DNA from: a virus | Direction: 5' to 3' (one strand) | Virus record (IMG/VR): IMGVR_UViG_3300042549_005813 | Length of the DNA stretch: 64,000 bases | Shown: positions 13,199 through 24,545 of the stretch, in pieces | Position numbering within the stretch: position 1 is the first letter of the stretch | Layout of the letters: every line of letters starts with the position of its first letter | Position numbers and translations under genes: made by a program | Notes under the pieces: generated by a model | Databases searched by the model: none | Seen by the model: the letters and a program-made list of their open reading frames with translations, nothing else | Told to the model about the DNA's origin: nothing

Positions 13199-15753
13199 TG
13201 ACAACTTTTTATACAAACGTACAGGCACTTGGCGGCAAGATTCTTTATCGTGGCGTCAAAGATGGTAAAAGAATCAAACTGAAGATTGATTATGAACCAC
13301 AATTGTATCTTCCAGCCCGTAACGGTAAAGGTACCCATAAATCACTTGATGGCCTAGACCTTGTGCCAAAACGATTTGATGGCATTCGTGAAGCCAGAGA
13401 ATATGTGAAACAATATGATGGTCTTCCAGGTGCTCCAAAAATCTATGGTAACACAGGATATCAATACGCTTTCATTGCAGAACAACATTCTGAAATGGTT
13501 GATTGGGAACAAGATAAAGTAAGTGTTGCAATTATCGACATTGAGGTCGGTTCGGAAAATGGTTTTCCTGATCCATACCTTGCAAACGAACCTATCACCG
13601 CAATTGCAACGACCTTTCTGAATGGTCACACTTATGTGTTTGGTTGTGGTGATTTTCGTAATGATGATCCCGACAATATAACCTATCTGAAGTGTAAAGA
13701 TGAATACACTCTTTGCAGTAAATTCATTGAGTTTTGGTCCAGAATGTATCCAGATGTTATCACTGGCTGGAACACCAAGTTCTTTGATATACCATATCTT
13801 GTCAATCGTTTTCGTAAGATTCTTGGTGAAGATAAGGCCAAGATGTTATCTCCATGGAATTATATCAGTGAACGTAAAACCAATATCAATGGTCGTTTGT
13901 TGATTGCATACAGTTTTGTTGGTATCGAATCACTTGATTATATTGAGTTATACAAATGGTATGCGCCAGGTGGTAAGTCACAAGAATCCTATCGACTGGA
14001 TAATATTGCACAAGTAGAACTTGGTGAAGGCAAGATTTCATATGATGAATATGAGAACTTACATCAGCTGTATAGACTGAACTATCAAAAGTTTATTGAA
14101 TACAACATTAAAGACGTTGCGTTGATTATTAAACTAGAGGACAAGTTGAAGTTGATTGAGTTGGCCTTAACTCTTGCATATGATACCAAGTGTAACTATG
14201 AAGATGTATTTGCACAGACACGTATGTGGGATTCATTGACGTATTCTTATTTGTTAGGTAAAGGCATCATTGTTCCACCAAAAGAAACACAGGAGAAAGA
14301 TTCTGCGTTTGAAGGTGCATATGTTAAAGAACCACAAATTGGATTACACAATTGGGTTGCATCGTTTGACTTGAACAGTTTGTATCCACACTTGATGATG
14401 CAGTACAACATTTCACCTGAAACGTTAATTGAACCAGAAAACTATACTGATGAAATGCGTGGTGTTCTTTCACAAGGTGTTACTGTTGATAAAATGTTAA
14501 TGAAACAAATTGACACTTCGGAACTGGTTGATGTTACAATCACACCAAACGGTCAATTCTTCCGTACCGACATTCAAGGTTTCTTACCTAAGATGATGGT
14601 CGAAATGTATGATGACCGCAAGAAATTTAAAAAGATGATGTTGCAAGCGCAACAGGAGTATGAGAATGAAAAAGATGAACGAAAAAAATATGAAATCGAC
14701 AAACGAGTTGCCAGATACAACAACCTCCAGCTCGCAAAGAAAGTATCCCTTAACTCTGCCTACGGTGCTTTGGGAAGTCAGTATTTTAGGTTTTATGACC
14801 TACGCATGGCTTTGGGAGTCACTACGGCAGGCCAGCTTTCCATCAAATGGATTGAAGCGAAAATAAACCAATACATGAATAAACTTCTTGGTACAGATAA
14901 CGATTATGTAATCGCTTCTGATACCGATTCTATTTACCTGCGCCTCGGTGATTTAGTAAATAAAGTTTATGGTGTTGATGGTGTGGTTAAAATGCCTGCA
15001 CAAAAGATTATTGAATTTATGGATCGTGTTTGTGAAGATAAACTACAACCACATATTGATAAGTCTTACCAAGAGTTGGCTGATTATGTTCATGCATATG
15101 CACAAAAGATGCAGATGAAGCGTGAGGGTCTTTCTGACAAAGGTGTATGGACTGCCAAGAAACGTTATATTCTAAATGTATATAACAATGAAGGTGTGCA
15201 GTATGCTGAACCACATATGAAAGTGATGGGCTTGGAAATGATTAAATCATCCACACCATCTGCTATTCGTGAGAAGATGAAAGCTGCCATTAAGTTGATG
15301 ATGACTGGCACTGAACAACAAGTACAAGACTTTATTGCCGAGTTTAAGAAAGAGTTTAAAACATTACCAGCGGAAGAAATATCTTTTCCTCGGGGTTTGA
15401 ATGGGCTAAATACTTATTCCGATCCAGTAATGTTGTTCAAAAAAGGCACACCCATTCATGTTCGTGGTGCAATCGTATATAACCACCATCTAAAACAATT
15501 GGGATTGACTAAGAAGTACCCACTCATACAAGAAGGTGAAAAACTCAAATTTACCTATTTGAGAATGCCAAATCATTTTAAGAATGATGTGATTTCTTTT
15601 CCAGGTAGAATACCTAAAGAGTTTGAGCTTGACAACTACATTGATTATGATGTACAATTCGACAAAGCATTTCTGGAACCAATCAGTGTCATTTTAAGAT
15701 GCATGAAGTGGTCTGCGGAAAAAACTAATTCTTTAGAGGACTTTTTCGGATGA
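13198..15753 (+). CDS. gp43: DNA polymerase, family B (T4 gp43)
   Basis: DIEV exonuclease motif; SFDLNSLYP, KVSLNSAYG and ASDTDS polymerase motifs. Confidence 0.98.
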   Translation: MTTFYTNVQALGGKILYRGVKDGKRIKLKIDYEPQLYLPARNGKGTHKSLDGLDLVPKRFDGIREAREYVKQYDGLPGAPKIYGNTGYQYAFIAEQHSEMVDWEQDKVSVAIIDIEVGSENGFPDPYLANEPITAIATTFLNGHTYVFGCGDFRNDDPDNITYLKCKDEYTLCSKFIEFWSRMYPDVITGWNTKFFDIPYLVNRFRKILGEDKAKMLSPWNYISERKTNINGRLLIAYSFVGIESLDYIELYKWYAPGGKSQESYRLDNIAQVELGEGKISYDEYENLHQLYRLNYQKFIEYNIKDVALIIKLEDKLKLIELALTLAYDTKCNYEDVFAQTRMWDSLTYSYLLGKGIIVPPKETQEKDSAFEGAYVKEPQIGLHNWVASFDLNSLYPHLMMQYNISPETLIEPENYTDEMRGVLSQGVTVDKMLMKQIDTSELVDVTITPNGQFFRTDIQGFLPKMMVEMYDDRKKFKKMMLQAQQEYENEKDERKKYEIDKRVARYNNLQLAKKVSLNSAYGALGSQYFRFYDLRMALGVTTAGQLSIKWIEAKINQYMNKLLGTDNDYVIASDTDSIYLRLGDLVNKVYGVDGVVKMPAQKIIEFMDRVCEDKLQPHIDKSYQELADYVHAYAQKMQMKREGLSDKGVWTAKKRYILNVYNNEGVQYAEPHMKVMGLEMIKSSTPSAIREKMKAAIKLMMTGTEQQVQDFIAEFKKEFKTLPAEEISFPRGLNGLNTYSDPVMLFKKGTPIHVRGAIVYNHHLKQLGLTKKYPLIQEGEKLKFTYLRMPNHFKNDVISFPGRIPKEFELDNYIDYDVQFDKAFLEPISVILRCMKWSAEKTNSLEDFFG

Positions 15754-16919
15754 TATTTTTAACCTTATTGACAGCATTAGGTTTATCTGGTGTTTCTGCA
15801 TACTATTCAGTTGTTGGTTTAGCACAAATTTTTCCTGGTTCGTTTTGGCCAATTGTTTTTATGGGTTCGGTTCTTGAAGCTTCGAAACTTGTAACAGTAT
15901 CATGGTTGTATAATAACTGGAAACAATGTCCTTTTCTTATTAAATCGTATTTGTCGATAGCAGTTATCATTTTAATGTTGATTACTTCAATGGGTATCTT
16001 TGGTTTTTTATCAAAGGCACACCTGGAACATTCAGCAGATAATGCACCACTTGTAGATAAGATTGCCTTGCTGGATGAGAAGATTAAAACGGAGAAGGAA
16101 AATGTCGAGGCAAACCGCAAGGCAATTAAACAGTATGATGAGGTTGTGGACCAAACTATGGGTCGCTCAACAGATGAAAAGGGTGCCGCTACGGCGCAAG
16201 CAATACGCCGTTCCCAACAGAAAGATAGGACTAGAATACTACAAGAAATTCAACAGTCGCAAAGCGTCATTGCCAAATACTCCGAGGAACGTGCGCCTCT
16301 ATCTACAGAGCTTAAAAAGGTTGAAGCGGATATCGGTCCAATCAAATACATTGCGGCCTTGGCGTATGGTTCAGAGACTACTGGTGATGTTATCGACAAA
16401 GCGGTAAGAATGGTAATCATGTTGATTATTGTTGTATTCGATCCATTAGCAATTCTATTGTTAATCGCATATAACATGTCGATGAAACAAAAAGAAGATG
16501 TTGAAGACTTTTTTGAACGTGCAAAAGAAAATGCAAAAAAATTGGATGAATATGCCAAACAAGTTGATGATGTAACACCTGAAGTTGTACACGTTGAAGA
16601 ACCGGTTGATCCTTATGCATACCTGAAACAACCATTCAAACACTTTGAGAATTTGAAACCGATGGTTGCACCAAGAGAAGAAACTGTAGAAATTAAAAAA
16701 GATAATATGATTGTGATTGATGATATAACTGGTGAAACTATACCACCAATTACACATGAAAAGGTAACAATTGAAACCCACAACACACGAAATTCTGTTA
16801 TGTATGAAGAACATCATGTACCAGTAGAAGAACCTGTGAAAAAATTGGAACCTAAGTATGATTATGATGAACCGTATTCTTTTAAGGAAAAAGAAGTTCG
16901 TGATGCTGGTAAATTTTAA
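15750..16919 (+). CDS. Hypothetical multi-pass membrane/coiled-coil protein
   Basis: 3 N-terminal TMs, coiled coil, VFDPLA TM, acidic tail. Confidence 0.75.
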   Translation: MIFLTLLTALGLSGVSAYYSVVGLAQIFPGSFWPIVFMGSVLEASKLVTVSWLYNNWKQCPFLIKSYLSIAVIILMLITSMGIFGFLSKAHLEHSADNAPLVDKIALLDEKIKTEKENVEANRKAIKQYDEVVDQTMGRSTDEKGAATAQAIRRSQQKDRTRILQEIQQSQSVIAKYSEERAPLSTELKKVEADIGPIKYIAALAYGSETTGDVIDKAVRMVIMLIIVVFDPLAILLLIAYNMSMKQKEDVEDFFERAKENAKKLDEYAKQVDDVTPEVVHVEEPVDPYAYLKQPFKHFENLKPMVAPREETVEIKKDNMIVIDDITGETIPPITHEKVTIETHNTRNSVMYEEHHVPVEEPVKKLEPKYDYDEPYSFKEKEVRDAGKF

Positions 16920-16930
16920 AGGATGAAACA

Positions 16931-17998
16931 ATGAGTATATTAGACAAAATTAAAAAAAATAGCAGTATTAAAGATTCTGCTATCTTAGCTAAATCAAAAT
17001 TCTTTAATGCTAAAGATATGATTCCAACAGCAGTGCCAATTATTAACGTGGCACTTTCTGGTAAGTTAGATGGTGGTCTAACACCAGGTCTTACAATGTG
17101 GGCGGGTCCATCGAAACACTTTAAGACAGCGTTCAGTTTGTTGATGGCCAAGTCTTACTTGGACAAATATCCTGATGCAGCGTTACTATTCTACGATTCA
17201 GAGTTTGGTACTCCGCAGTCTTATTTTGATAGCTTTGGCATTGACACTGAACGAGTGCTTCACACTCCTCTTACAGATATCGAACAACTCAAGTTCGACA
17301 TAATGGCACAGTTGACACAATTAGAACGTGGTGATAAATTGATTATCGTCATTGATTCAATTGGTAACTTAGCATCTAAGAAAGAAGTTGAAGATGCTTT
17401 GGCGGAGAAATCAGTTGCTGATATGTCCCGAGCCAAACAAGTCAAGTCTTTGTTCCGTATGGTGACACCTCACCTATCATTGAAAGACATTCCAATGGTT
17501 GTTGTAAATCACACCTACATGGAAATTGGTATGTTCCCTAAAGCTATCGTTGGTGGTGGTACGGGTTCATATTACTCGGCTGACAATATTTTTATTATTG
17601 GCCGTCAACAAGAAAAAGATGGTACAGAAGTTACCGGTTACAATTTTATTATTAATGTGGAAAAATCTAGATATGTCAAAGAAAAATCTAAAATACCTGT
17701 CAGCGTATCTTTTGACGGTGGCATTAGCACTTGGTCTGGTTTACTTGACCTTGCTATTGAGTCCAAACATGTGGTTAAACCAAAGAATGGTTGGTATCAA
17801 CGTGTTGACTCAGATGGTGTGATTGAAGAAAAAAATTACCGTGAGAAGGACACCGACTCCAAAGACTTTTGGATGCCTATTCTGAAACAGAAATCTTTCC
17901 GTGATTTCATTGAGAACAAGTACCGTGTGGCATCCGGAGAAATTATGACAAGCAACATTGATGAAACATTTGATGTTGCAACCATGAATGGTGTATAA
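16931..17998 (+). CDS. uvsX: RecA-like recombinase UvsX
   Basis: AGPSKHFKT Walker A; FYDSEFG; IDSIGNLAS. Confidence 0.97.
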   Translation: MSILDKIKKNSSIKDSAILAKSKFFNAKDMIPTAVPIINVALSGKLDGGLTPGLTMWAGPSKHFKTAFSLLMAKSYLDKYPDAALLFYDSEFGTPQSYFDSFGIDTERVLHTPLTDIEQLKFDIMAQLTQLERGDKLIIVIDSIGNLASKKEVEDALAEKSVADMSRAKQVKSLFRMVTPHLSLKDIPMVVVNHTYMEIGMFPKAIVGGGTGSYYSADNIFIIGRQQEKDGTEVTGYNFIINVEKSRYVKEKSKIPVSVSFDGGISTWSGLLDLAIESKHVVKPKNGWYQRVDSDGVIEEKNYREKDTDSKDFWMPILKQKSFRDFIENKYRVASGEIMTSNIDETFDVATMNGV

Positions 17999-18321
17999 TG
18001 ATTGAGGGAATAGATTACTGCTACATCTATCCAAAGGATGACAAAACAGCAGTCAACATTAAATTTTTGGAAGGTCCTTATAAAGATACCATATTTAAAT
18101 ATGGTAAAGTTAAATTTAAGGAAGAAAGTGAACAGGTCTATTTACTTTTTGCTTACGATGTGTTACAATCACCAGTAAAGACACCAGCCAAGCTGGAAAA
18201 AGATGATGACTTTAAAAACTACATTGGTGACTTATTGGTGGAAATAATGTCATCTAACATGGAACAGGAAGTAATTGATGAAACTGGAACAGACGATTCT
18301 AAAGAATCTAATTTACAATGA
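17998..18321 (+). CDS. Probable gp40-like head vertex assembly chaperone
   Basis: Size and position between uvsX and gp41 match T4 gp40; motif evidence is weak. Confidence 0.5.
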   Translation: MIEGIDYCYIYPKDDKTAVNIKFLEGPYKDTIFKYGKVKFKEESEQVYLLFAYDVLQSPVKTPAKLEKDDDFKNYIGDLLVEIMSSNMEQEVIDETGTDDSKESNLQ

Positions 18322-19669
18322 AGAATATTTACGCAAGGTTTTACCATTTCTAAAATCAGAATATTTTACAGACAGAAGCGACAAAACATTATACAATGAA
18401 ATTGCATCATTCACAGAAACTTACAATTCTACACCAACGGTTGAAGCACTTGTACTGGCCGTCAAAGAAAGGCGAAATCTCTCAGATGAGGAAGTGGAGA
18501 AGTGTGAATCTTATTTACAAGAGATTGAGAAAACTAAAGGTGAAGAATCCAAGGTTCAATGGCTTGTTGACAAGACCGAACAGTTTTGCCAAGAGAAGGC
18601 CATTTATAACGCTGTATTGGGGTCTATTTCAATCCTCGATGGCAAGGACAAAACAAATGACAAAGGTTCGATTCCCAAAATATTATCAGACGCCTTGGCG
18701 ATAAGTTTTGACAATTCTGTTGGCCACGATTATCTTGAAAACTCAGATGAACGATATGATTTCTACCATCGTAAAGAAGAACGAATCCCTTTTGACTTAG
18801 AGTTCTTTAACAAAATCACAAAAGGTGGATTACCTAATAAGACGCTTAATATTGCTCTTGCCGGAACTGGCGTAGGAAAAAGTTTGTTCATGTGCCATGT
18901 GGCTGCAGGCTGCATGGTGCAAGGCAAGAATGTTCTTTACATCACGATGGAAATGAGTGAAGAAAAGATTGCAGAACGTATTGATGCTAACTTATTGAAT
19001 GTCACGATTGATGACCTTGTGAGTTTACCGAAAGATTTGTATGATAAAAAGATTAATAAACTCCGTGAAAAGACTGTTGGTAAACTTATTATCAAAGAAT
19101 ATCCTACAGCCTCTGCGAGCAGCATACATTTTCGCACCTTACTCAATGAGCTCAATCTTAAAAAGTCTTTTGTACCCAATATTATTTTTATTGATTATCT
19201 TAATATTTGTTGTTCATCAAGAATCAAGGCCGGAGCAAACATCAACTCCTATACTTATGTTAAATCCATCGCAGAAGAATTGCGAGGTCTTGCCGTTGAG
19301 TTCGGAGTACCTATTGTTTCTGCAACACAAACAACAAGGGGTGGCTTTACTTCTTCCGATCCCGGACTCGAAGACACAAGTGAGTCTTTTGGTTTGCCCG
19401 CTACAGCAGACTTGATGTTTGCTCTTATTTCTTCCGAAGAATTAGAAGAAATGGGACAGATTATGGTAAAACAATTGAAGAATCGTTATAATGATCCAAC
19501 GCATTTCAAACGATTCACTCTAGGTATTGATAGGTCGAAAATGAGATTATATGATATTGAACAGTCTAGTCAAGACGGCATTACAGATTCTGGTCAAGAT
19601 AAACCACTCAACACATTTGGTAACAGAGAGAAAACACAGAAGAAATCATTTGATGGATTTAAAGTATGA
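18278..19669 (+). CDS. gp41: Replicative helicase (T4 gp41)
   Basis: AGTGVGKS, IDYLNIC, SATQTTR and QLKNRY motifs. Confidence 0.97.
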   Translation: MKLEQTILKNLIYNEEYLRKVLPFLKSEYFTDRSDKTLYNEIASFTETYNSTPTVEALVLAVKERRNLSDEEVEKCESYLQEIEKTKGEESKVQWLVDKTEQFCQEKAIYNAVLGSISILDGKDKTNDKGSIPKILSDALAISFDNSVGHDYLENSDERYDFYHRKEERIPFDLEFFNKITKGGLPNKTLNIALAGTGVGKSLFMCHVAAGCMVQGKNVLYITMEMSEEKIAERIDANLLNVTIDDLVSLPKDLYDKKINKLREKTVGKLIIKEYPTASASSIHFRTLLNELNLKKSFVPNIIFIDYLNICCSSRIKAGANINSYTYVKSIAEELRGLAVEFGVPIVSATQTTRGGFTSSDPGLEDTSESFGLPATADLMFALISSEELEEMGQIMVKQLKNRYNDPTHFKRFTLGIDRSKMRLYDIEQSSQDGITDSGQDKPLNTFGNREKTQKKSFDGFKV

Positions 19670-20772
19670 AATTAGAATTTAATGATGCAGTTCATTGCGC
19701 CAAAGTGTTTGAAGATTACTTTGGTAGTTTTGACCGTATTGATGAGTATATGCGTGACCAGAAGTTGAATTCTCTGGCTGAATTACCATCGAATCCTTTG
19801 TTTCCTATTGAAGATGAGTTGTTCCAAGACTTCACAATGAATCCAAAAGATATGAATTTTGAGGTTGTCGAGATTGATAATGAAACTTGGACCAATCTAT
19901 TGAACATCACTTCATCTCATGTAAACATTCCGCCAGTTGGCCGCAATGTTAAACTGGCAGTGCGTGAAACCAATACAGGAAAGTACGTAGGATTCATCCG
20001 TCTTGGTTCACCTGTAATCAACTGTAAGCCACGTAATGATATGCTTGGTCAAGTGTTTACACAAAAACCTGAGTGGGGTAAACGATTCAATAATTCTGCA
20101 ATGATGGGTTTTGTTATTGTACCTGCACAACCATTTGGTTATAATTACCTTGGTGGTAAGTTGTTGGCTGCAATCTGCACTTCACATGAAGTACGTGAGA
20201 TTGTAAATGTAAAGTATGGAATGAACCTGTGTCTCTTTGAAACAACTTCTTTGTATGGTAGTTCAAAGACTGTATCGCAATATGATGGTATGAAACCATA
20301 TATCAGATATAAAGGTCTGACAGATTCCGATTTTCTTCCTATGATGCATGGTAAACCTTATTCTGACCTACGTGATTTCGTACAAGATAAAGTCGGACCT
20401 TTGGTTGAAGATGTTGCTTCTAGTAAGAAACTGAAAATCTCTATGAAGATTATTTCTCTCACTAAGGCTGCACTTAAAGGTACACCTGAAGGGGATACAT
20501 TCATAGCAACGATTGGGAAAGCAAAAGGGTTGACAGAGCAAAAAAGATATTACACCAGTGACTATGGCTTTAAAAACATGGTTGACTATGTAAACTGTAA
20601 GACGGACGTGCTTATTCCTGGTGAAAACTATGAAAAACACAATCTGGTAAACTTGATTGAATGGTGGCGAAATAAGGCTTGCAATCGGTATGAAACTCTG
20701 TATAATGAGAAACGGTTAAAAACCGAACTAGAGATTTGGACTTCCGGAAAGGAGATTCAAATCATAAGATAA
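19666..20772 (+). CDS. DUF4338/DruA-like protein
   Basis: GFVIVPAQPFGYNYLGGKLLA, FETTSLYG and SQYDG motifs, recalled from the DUF4338 family. Confidence 0.55.
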   Translation: MKLEFNDAVHCAKVFEDYFGSFDRIDEYMRDQKLNSLAELPSNPLFPIEDELFQDFTMNPKDMNFEVVEIDNETWTNLLNITSSHVNIPPVGRNVKLAVRETNTGKYVGFIRLGSPVINCKPRNDMLGQVFTQKPEWGKRFNNSAMMGFVIVPAQPFGYNYLGGKLLAAICTSHEVREIVNVKYGMNLCLFETTSLYGSSKTVSQYDGMKPYIRYKGLTDSDFLPMMHGKPYSDLRDFVQDKVGPLVEDVASSKKLKISMKIISLTKAALKGTPEGDTFIATIGKAKGLTEQKRYYTSDYGFKNMVDYVNCKTDVLIPGENYEKHNLVNLIEWWRNKACNRYETLYNEKRLKTELEIWTSGKEIQIIR

Positions 20773-20794
20773 ATACTTTCTTTGAAGGTGTTAA

Positions 20795-21871
20795 ATGGCT
20801 TATACTTTTTTCCCAAAGACTGCAACGGAAATCAAGCAAACTCTAAAGGGTGACAAAGCAAAGATAGAAGATATAATCAATATCTTTGCTTATCTAAAAT
20901 CAAAATTTCCAAAAGTTGAAACTCCAATCAATGTTGATCCTGCATCAATTGCTAAGATTAATGTTACAAGAGATTTACAAACGGATATTGACCTTGCTAA
21001 AATAAAAAGAGAAGCAAAGGTAACTAAAATTACCATGAAATTTGGTTCTGGATCATCTGGCGGCCGAGGTGTACAGAATAAAGGTAATGCATATGAGGGA
21101 GAACTTGCTGATGCATTGAGACAATGGTGGAAAGGTGAAAAGATAACCGACACAAAATTACTTCAAGCAGTTGATGATATAGTTAAACTTCATAAACTGA
21201 ATAAATGTAAAAATCTAGAAGTTAAAGAGGTTGGTGAATTAAACAACAAAAGACCTTTTATATTCTCACCACAAGTTTTAATTTCATCTAAAATTCCTGT
21301 ACGTGATAACAATTTGGGGCCCGTTGTTACCGACATTACATTAATTTGTGATAAGAAAGAAATCTTCCTAAGTTTGAAAACCGGCGGCACTGTTACCTTT
21401 TTCAACTCAGGCATCCGTACAGTTCTTTCACCAGCAGAAATCAAATCTGGTAAAATTACAAATAAAGATGGTTTAAAAATTCTTAATATGTTTAATATCA
21501 ACGATGCATTGTTTTGTGATATCTACAATGGTAAATTAAAAAAAGGTTATGTTGAAGATGTTTGGAAAACAATGTCATCAAAACAGAAGAATGAATTGAA
21601 AAACTTTTTGATTTCTGGTGTTGGCCATGGTTATACTATCGTACATAAACTGACGGGTAAAACCGAAGTGTATGAAATTGATAAAGATTATATGACTTCA
21701 GCCGCTACACCAAACTCATGTAATGTATACTATGGTGGTAAATCTGGTACAGGTAAGCGTATTGACATGGAAATAGAAACGGGTCATTACATTCTTAAAC
21801 TAAACATACGTGATACACAAGGTGGTGATGGTTATCCTACCCGTATGATGTGTGACTACTCTTACAAATAA
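20795..21871 (+). CDS. Hypothetical protein, possible PD-(D/E)xK nuclease fold
   Basis: GNAYE...TDITL...FLSLK pattern; late-type TAAATA upstream. Confidence 0.5.
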   Translation: MAYTFFPKTATEIKQTLKGDKAKIEDIINIFAYLKSKFPKVETPINVDPASIAKINVTRDLQTDIDLAKIKREAKVTKITMKFGSGSSGGRGVQNKGNAYEGELADALRQWWKGEKITDTKLLQAVDDIVKLHKLNKCKNLEVKEVGELNNKRPFIFSPQVLISSKIPVRDNNLGPVVTDITLICDKKEIFLSLKTGGTVTFFNSGIRTVLSPAEIKSGKITNKDGLKILNMFNINDALFCDIYNGKLKKGYVEDVWKTMSSKQKNELKNFLISGVGHGYTIVHKLTGKTEVYEIDKDYMTSAATPNSCNVYYGGKSGTGKRIDMEIETGHYILKLNIRDTQGGDGYPTRMMCDYSYK

Positions 21872-22173
21872 TGGCACTAACAGATTTTGATAAAATACTA
21901 AAACAGTATGAGGACACCGAAAATGATTTCGGGTTCTCTGCTATTTCAGAACAGGAATATAATTCCACAATTAAAGAGAGTGTACAGACCGTTGAGAATT
22001 ACAAAGTTAATTTGACAGAAACGGAAAGACGCTTGGCTGAACTTGAGAAGATGATTATCCCTTTCCTAAAGAAACTACATAGTACAGGAGATAAAGAATA
22101 TATCTACTGGCCTAATCGTAAACCAGCAATTGAAAAACAAATTGAGGCAATTTTAAAATTAACTAGAGGATGA
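21871..22173 (+). CDS. Hypothetical protein
   Basis: Translationally coupled ORF; YIYWPNR motif. Confidence 0.7.
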   Translation: MALTDFDKILKQYEDTENDFGFSAISEQEYNSTIKESVQTVENYKVNLTETERRLAELEKMIIPFLKKLHSTGDKEYIYWPNRKPAIEKQIEAILKLTRG

Positions 22174-22179
22174 TAAATT

Positions 22180-22899
22180 ATGAAACCGTTAGTGACTGTG
22201 ATTACACCTACAACAGGTGCACCGTATCTACGACAAGCGATAGAGTCGGTTAAAAATCAAACTTATGATAACATTCAACACTTAGTTGTTGTAGATGGTC
22301 AACCAAAAGGTCGTGTTATTGCTAGAGAATATCCACATATTGACCTAATAGACCTCCCATACCCAACAGGAACCGACCGGTTCAACGGACACCGAATCTA
22401 TGGTGCATCAGTCTACCTTGCAAAAGGTGACCTGGTTTGTTTCTTGGATGAGGATAATTACTATGATACCACTCATATCGAATCTCTTGTGGATGTAATT
22501 CAAAGGGGTAATGATTGGGCTTTCTCATTACGCAAAATTGTAGACAAAGAAAGTAACTATGTTTGCCTTGATGACTGTGAATCATTGGGTAAATGGGAAT
22601 CTTGCATTGGTGACTACTTTGTTGACGTTGGATGTTTCTTTCTACCAAAGATGATTGCAATTCAAACAAGTCCAATTTGGTATCGCAAGGCAAGAGAACC
22701 TGGAGTACCAGAGGTTGATAGGATGTTGACTCATGTATTGAGAAACAACAATCTGAAATACGATACTAATGGTGATTACACCTTGAACTATCGTACAGGT
22801 AACACACAGTTATCAGTACAATCCGAATTCTTCTTACAAGGAAATAAGAAGATGCTTGAAAAATATAATGGAGATTTACCATGGACAAAAAAGACCTGA
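22180..22899 (+). CDS. Glycosyltransferase family 2
   Basis: VTVITPT, AIESVKNQTY, VVVDG and FLDED motifs. Confidence 0.9.
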   Translation: MKPLVTVITPTTGAPYLRQAIESVKNQTYDNIQHLVVVDGQPKGRVIAREYPHIDLIDLPYPTGTDRFNGHRIYGASVYLAKGDLVCFLDEDNYYDTTHIESLVDVIQRGNDWAFSLRKIVDKESNYVCLDDCESLGKWESCIGDYFVDVGCFFLPKMIAIQTSPIWYRKAREPGVPEVDRMLTHVLRNNNLKYDTNGDYTLNYRTGNTQLSVQSEFFLQGNKKMLEKYNGDLPWTKKT

Positions 22900-23741
22900 T
22901 TATAGGTGCATTTAAAAACTATAACTACGAACAAGTCAAACCTTGGATCGAATCAATTAACGAATGTGGTTTTACCGGGGACAAAGTTCTAATTGCGATT
23001 GATTCATCAGAAGAAACAATCAACAAGATTAGACAAGCCGGATTCACTGCAATATCCGCACAATCCATGACAGGCGCAATGTTTCACATGGAACGATTTA
23101 TTCATATCTATGATTATCTGAAAAAACATAGTGGTCAATATCGTTATGTTGTAAGTACAGATGTACGTGATGTAATCTTCCAAAACGATCCAATGGAATA
23201 TTTGTCTCATATACTGACAGCAAATTCTGGTTATGATTTGATTGGTGTGTCTGAATGTATACTAGTTAAAAATGAACATTGGAATCGTGACAACATTTTA
23301 AAATGTTTTGGTACATATTTCTATGAAGAAGTTAAAGACTATGAAGTTTTAAATGTTGGTACGTTAGCTGGCAAGGCACATGTTGTTTCTGATTTGTGTG
23401 GTATGTTATACCAACTATCTTTGAATAGAGCCGATTGGGTTGCCGACCAAGCTGCATATAATGTTTTAATGGGTTGGTATCCATATGTTGATATAACATA
23501 CATCAGTGGTTTAAATGATGGATTCTGTTGTAACTTACATGTAACAAATAAACCAATTGAGAAAGACCAATTTGCACCATTCATTACAGAAAAACATCCA
23601 ATCTTTGAAGATGGTGTAATGAAAACTGGTGATGGTCAACCATACTACATTGTACACCAATATGACCGAGATCCAGAATTGAAGAAATTTTATCATGATA
23701 AGTATAAGGTTGAAGAATTAATTACTTTTAGGACAACATAA
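22881..23741 (+). CDS. GT-A fold glycosyltransferase-like protein
   Basis: TDVRDVIFQ (DxD-like), LNVG, DQAAYN and IVHQYDR motifs. Confidence 0.75.
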   Translation: MDKKDLIIGAFKNYNYEQVKPWIESINECGFTGDKVLIAIDSSEETINKIRQAGFTAISAQSMTGAMFHMERFIHIYDYLKKHSGQYRYVVSTDVRDVIFQNDPMEYLSHILTANSGYDLIGVSECILVKNEHWNRDNILKCFGTYFYEEVKDYEVLNVGTLAGKAHVVSDLCGMLYQLSLNRADWVADQAAYNVLMGWYPYVDITYISGLNDGFCCNLHVTNKPIEKDQFAPFITEKHPIFEDGVMKTGDGQPYYIVHQYDRDPELKKFYHDKYKVEELITFRTT

Positions 23742-24544
23742 TGATTACTATTGTTACTGCTTTTTATGACATTGGCCGTGGAGAATGGACACCAGACAAA
23801 GGCCTACCACATTATCTACAAAGAACTACTGATACATACATTGAACGTTTTTCACACATGGCTCAAATGGAAAATGAGATGGTTGTATTCTCTACACCAG
23901 ACATTATTGAGAAACTGAAACCTTTGCGTGGCGACAGACCAACAAAATTTGTTTCGTTTGATATTTTTAGTAAGTATGCAGACTTGATTAAAGATGTTAA
24001 TAACATTCAGAAAACTGATGCATTTCAAAATTTAATTATTCCAGAACAGCGAGCAAATCCAGAATATTGGAATGCACATTATGTGGTTGTTAACTTTCTC
24101 AAATCTATATTTGTCAATTTAGCAATCAAAAACAACATGGTTAGTAATGAATTAGTTTCTTGGTTGGATTTTGGTTATTGCCGCACGGCAGAGAAAGTAC
24201 CTACAAGCAAGAAGTGGTCTTATGATTTTGATGTTAATAAGATGCATCTATTCAATTATAAAGAATATGATGACAAACCTATACATGAAATCATTGCAAC
24301 AAACGATGTTTACATTCTTGGTGCAAAGATTGTTGGTGGTGTAACAGCATGGCCTAAATTCGAATCTGCGATGAAAGAATGTTTGATTGAATTGGGTACG
24401 AATGGTTTGATTGATGATGACCAAACACTTATGTTAATGTCATCAATCAAATATCCGGAATTATTTGAACTACATAAGATTCCAGACCACCAACTCGGAC
24501 TTGATCCGTTTGTTATTTTTAGTGACTTTAATAAAGAGGTATGA
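23741..24544 (+). CDS. HtrL/YibB (WlaTC) family glycosyltransferase-like protein
   Basis: TIVTAFYDIGR, NPEYW, WLDFGY and IDDDQ motifs. Confidence 0.85.
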   Translation: MITIVTAFYDIGRGEWTPDKGLPHYLQRTTDTYIERFSHMAQMENEMVVFSTPDIIEKLKPLRGDRPTKFVSFDIFSKYADLIKDVNNIQKTDAFQNLIIPEQRANPEYWNAHYVVVNFLKSIFVNLAIKNNMVSNELVSWLDFGYCRTAEKVPTSKKWSYDFDVNKMHLFNYKEYDDKPIHEIIATNDVYILGAKIVGGVTAWPKFESAMKECLIELGTNGLIDDDQTLMLMSSIKYPELFELHKIPDHQLGLDPFVIFSDFNKEV

Positions 24545-24545
24545 T

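Noticed and set aside
19666-20772. Complete Druantia defence system
   Set aside because: Only a DruA-like gene is present; there is no DruE helicase or other dru genes in the window
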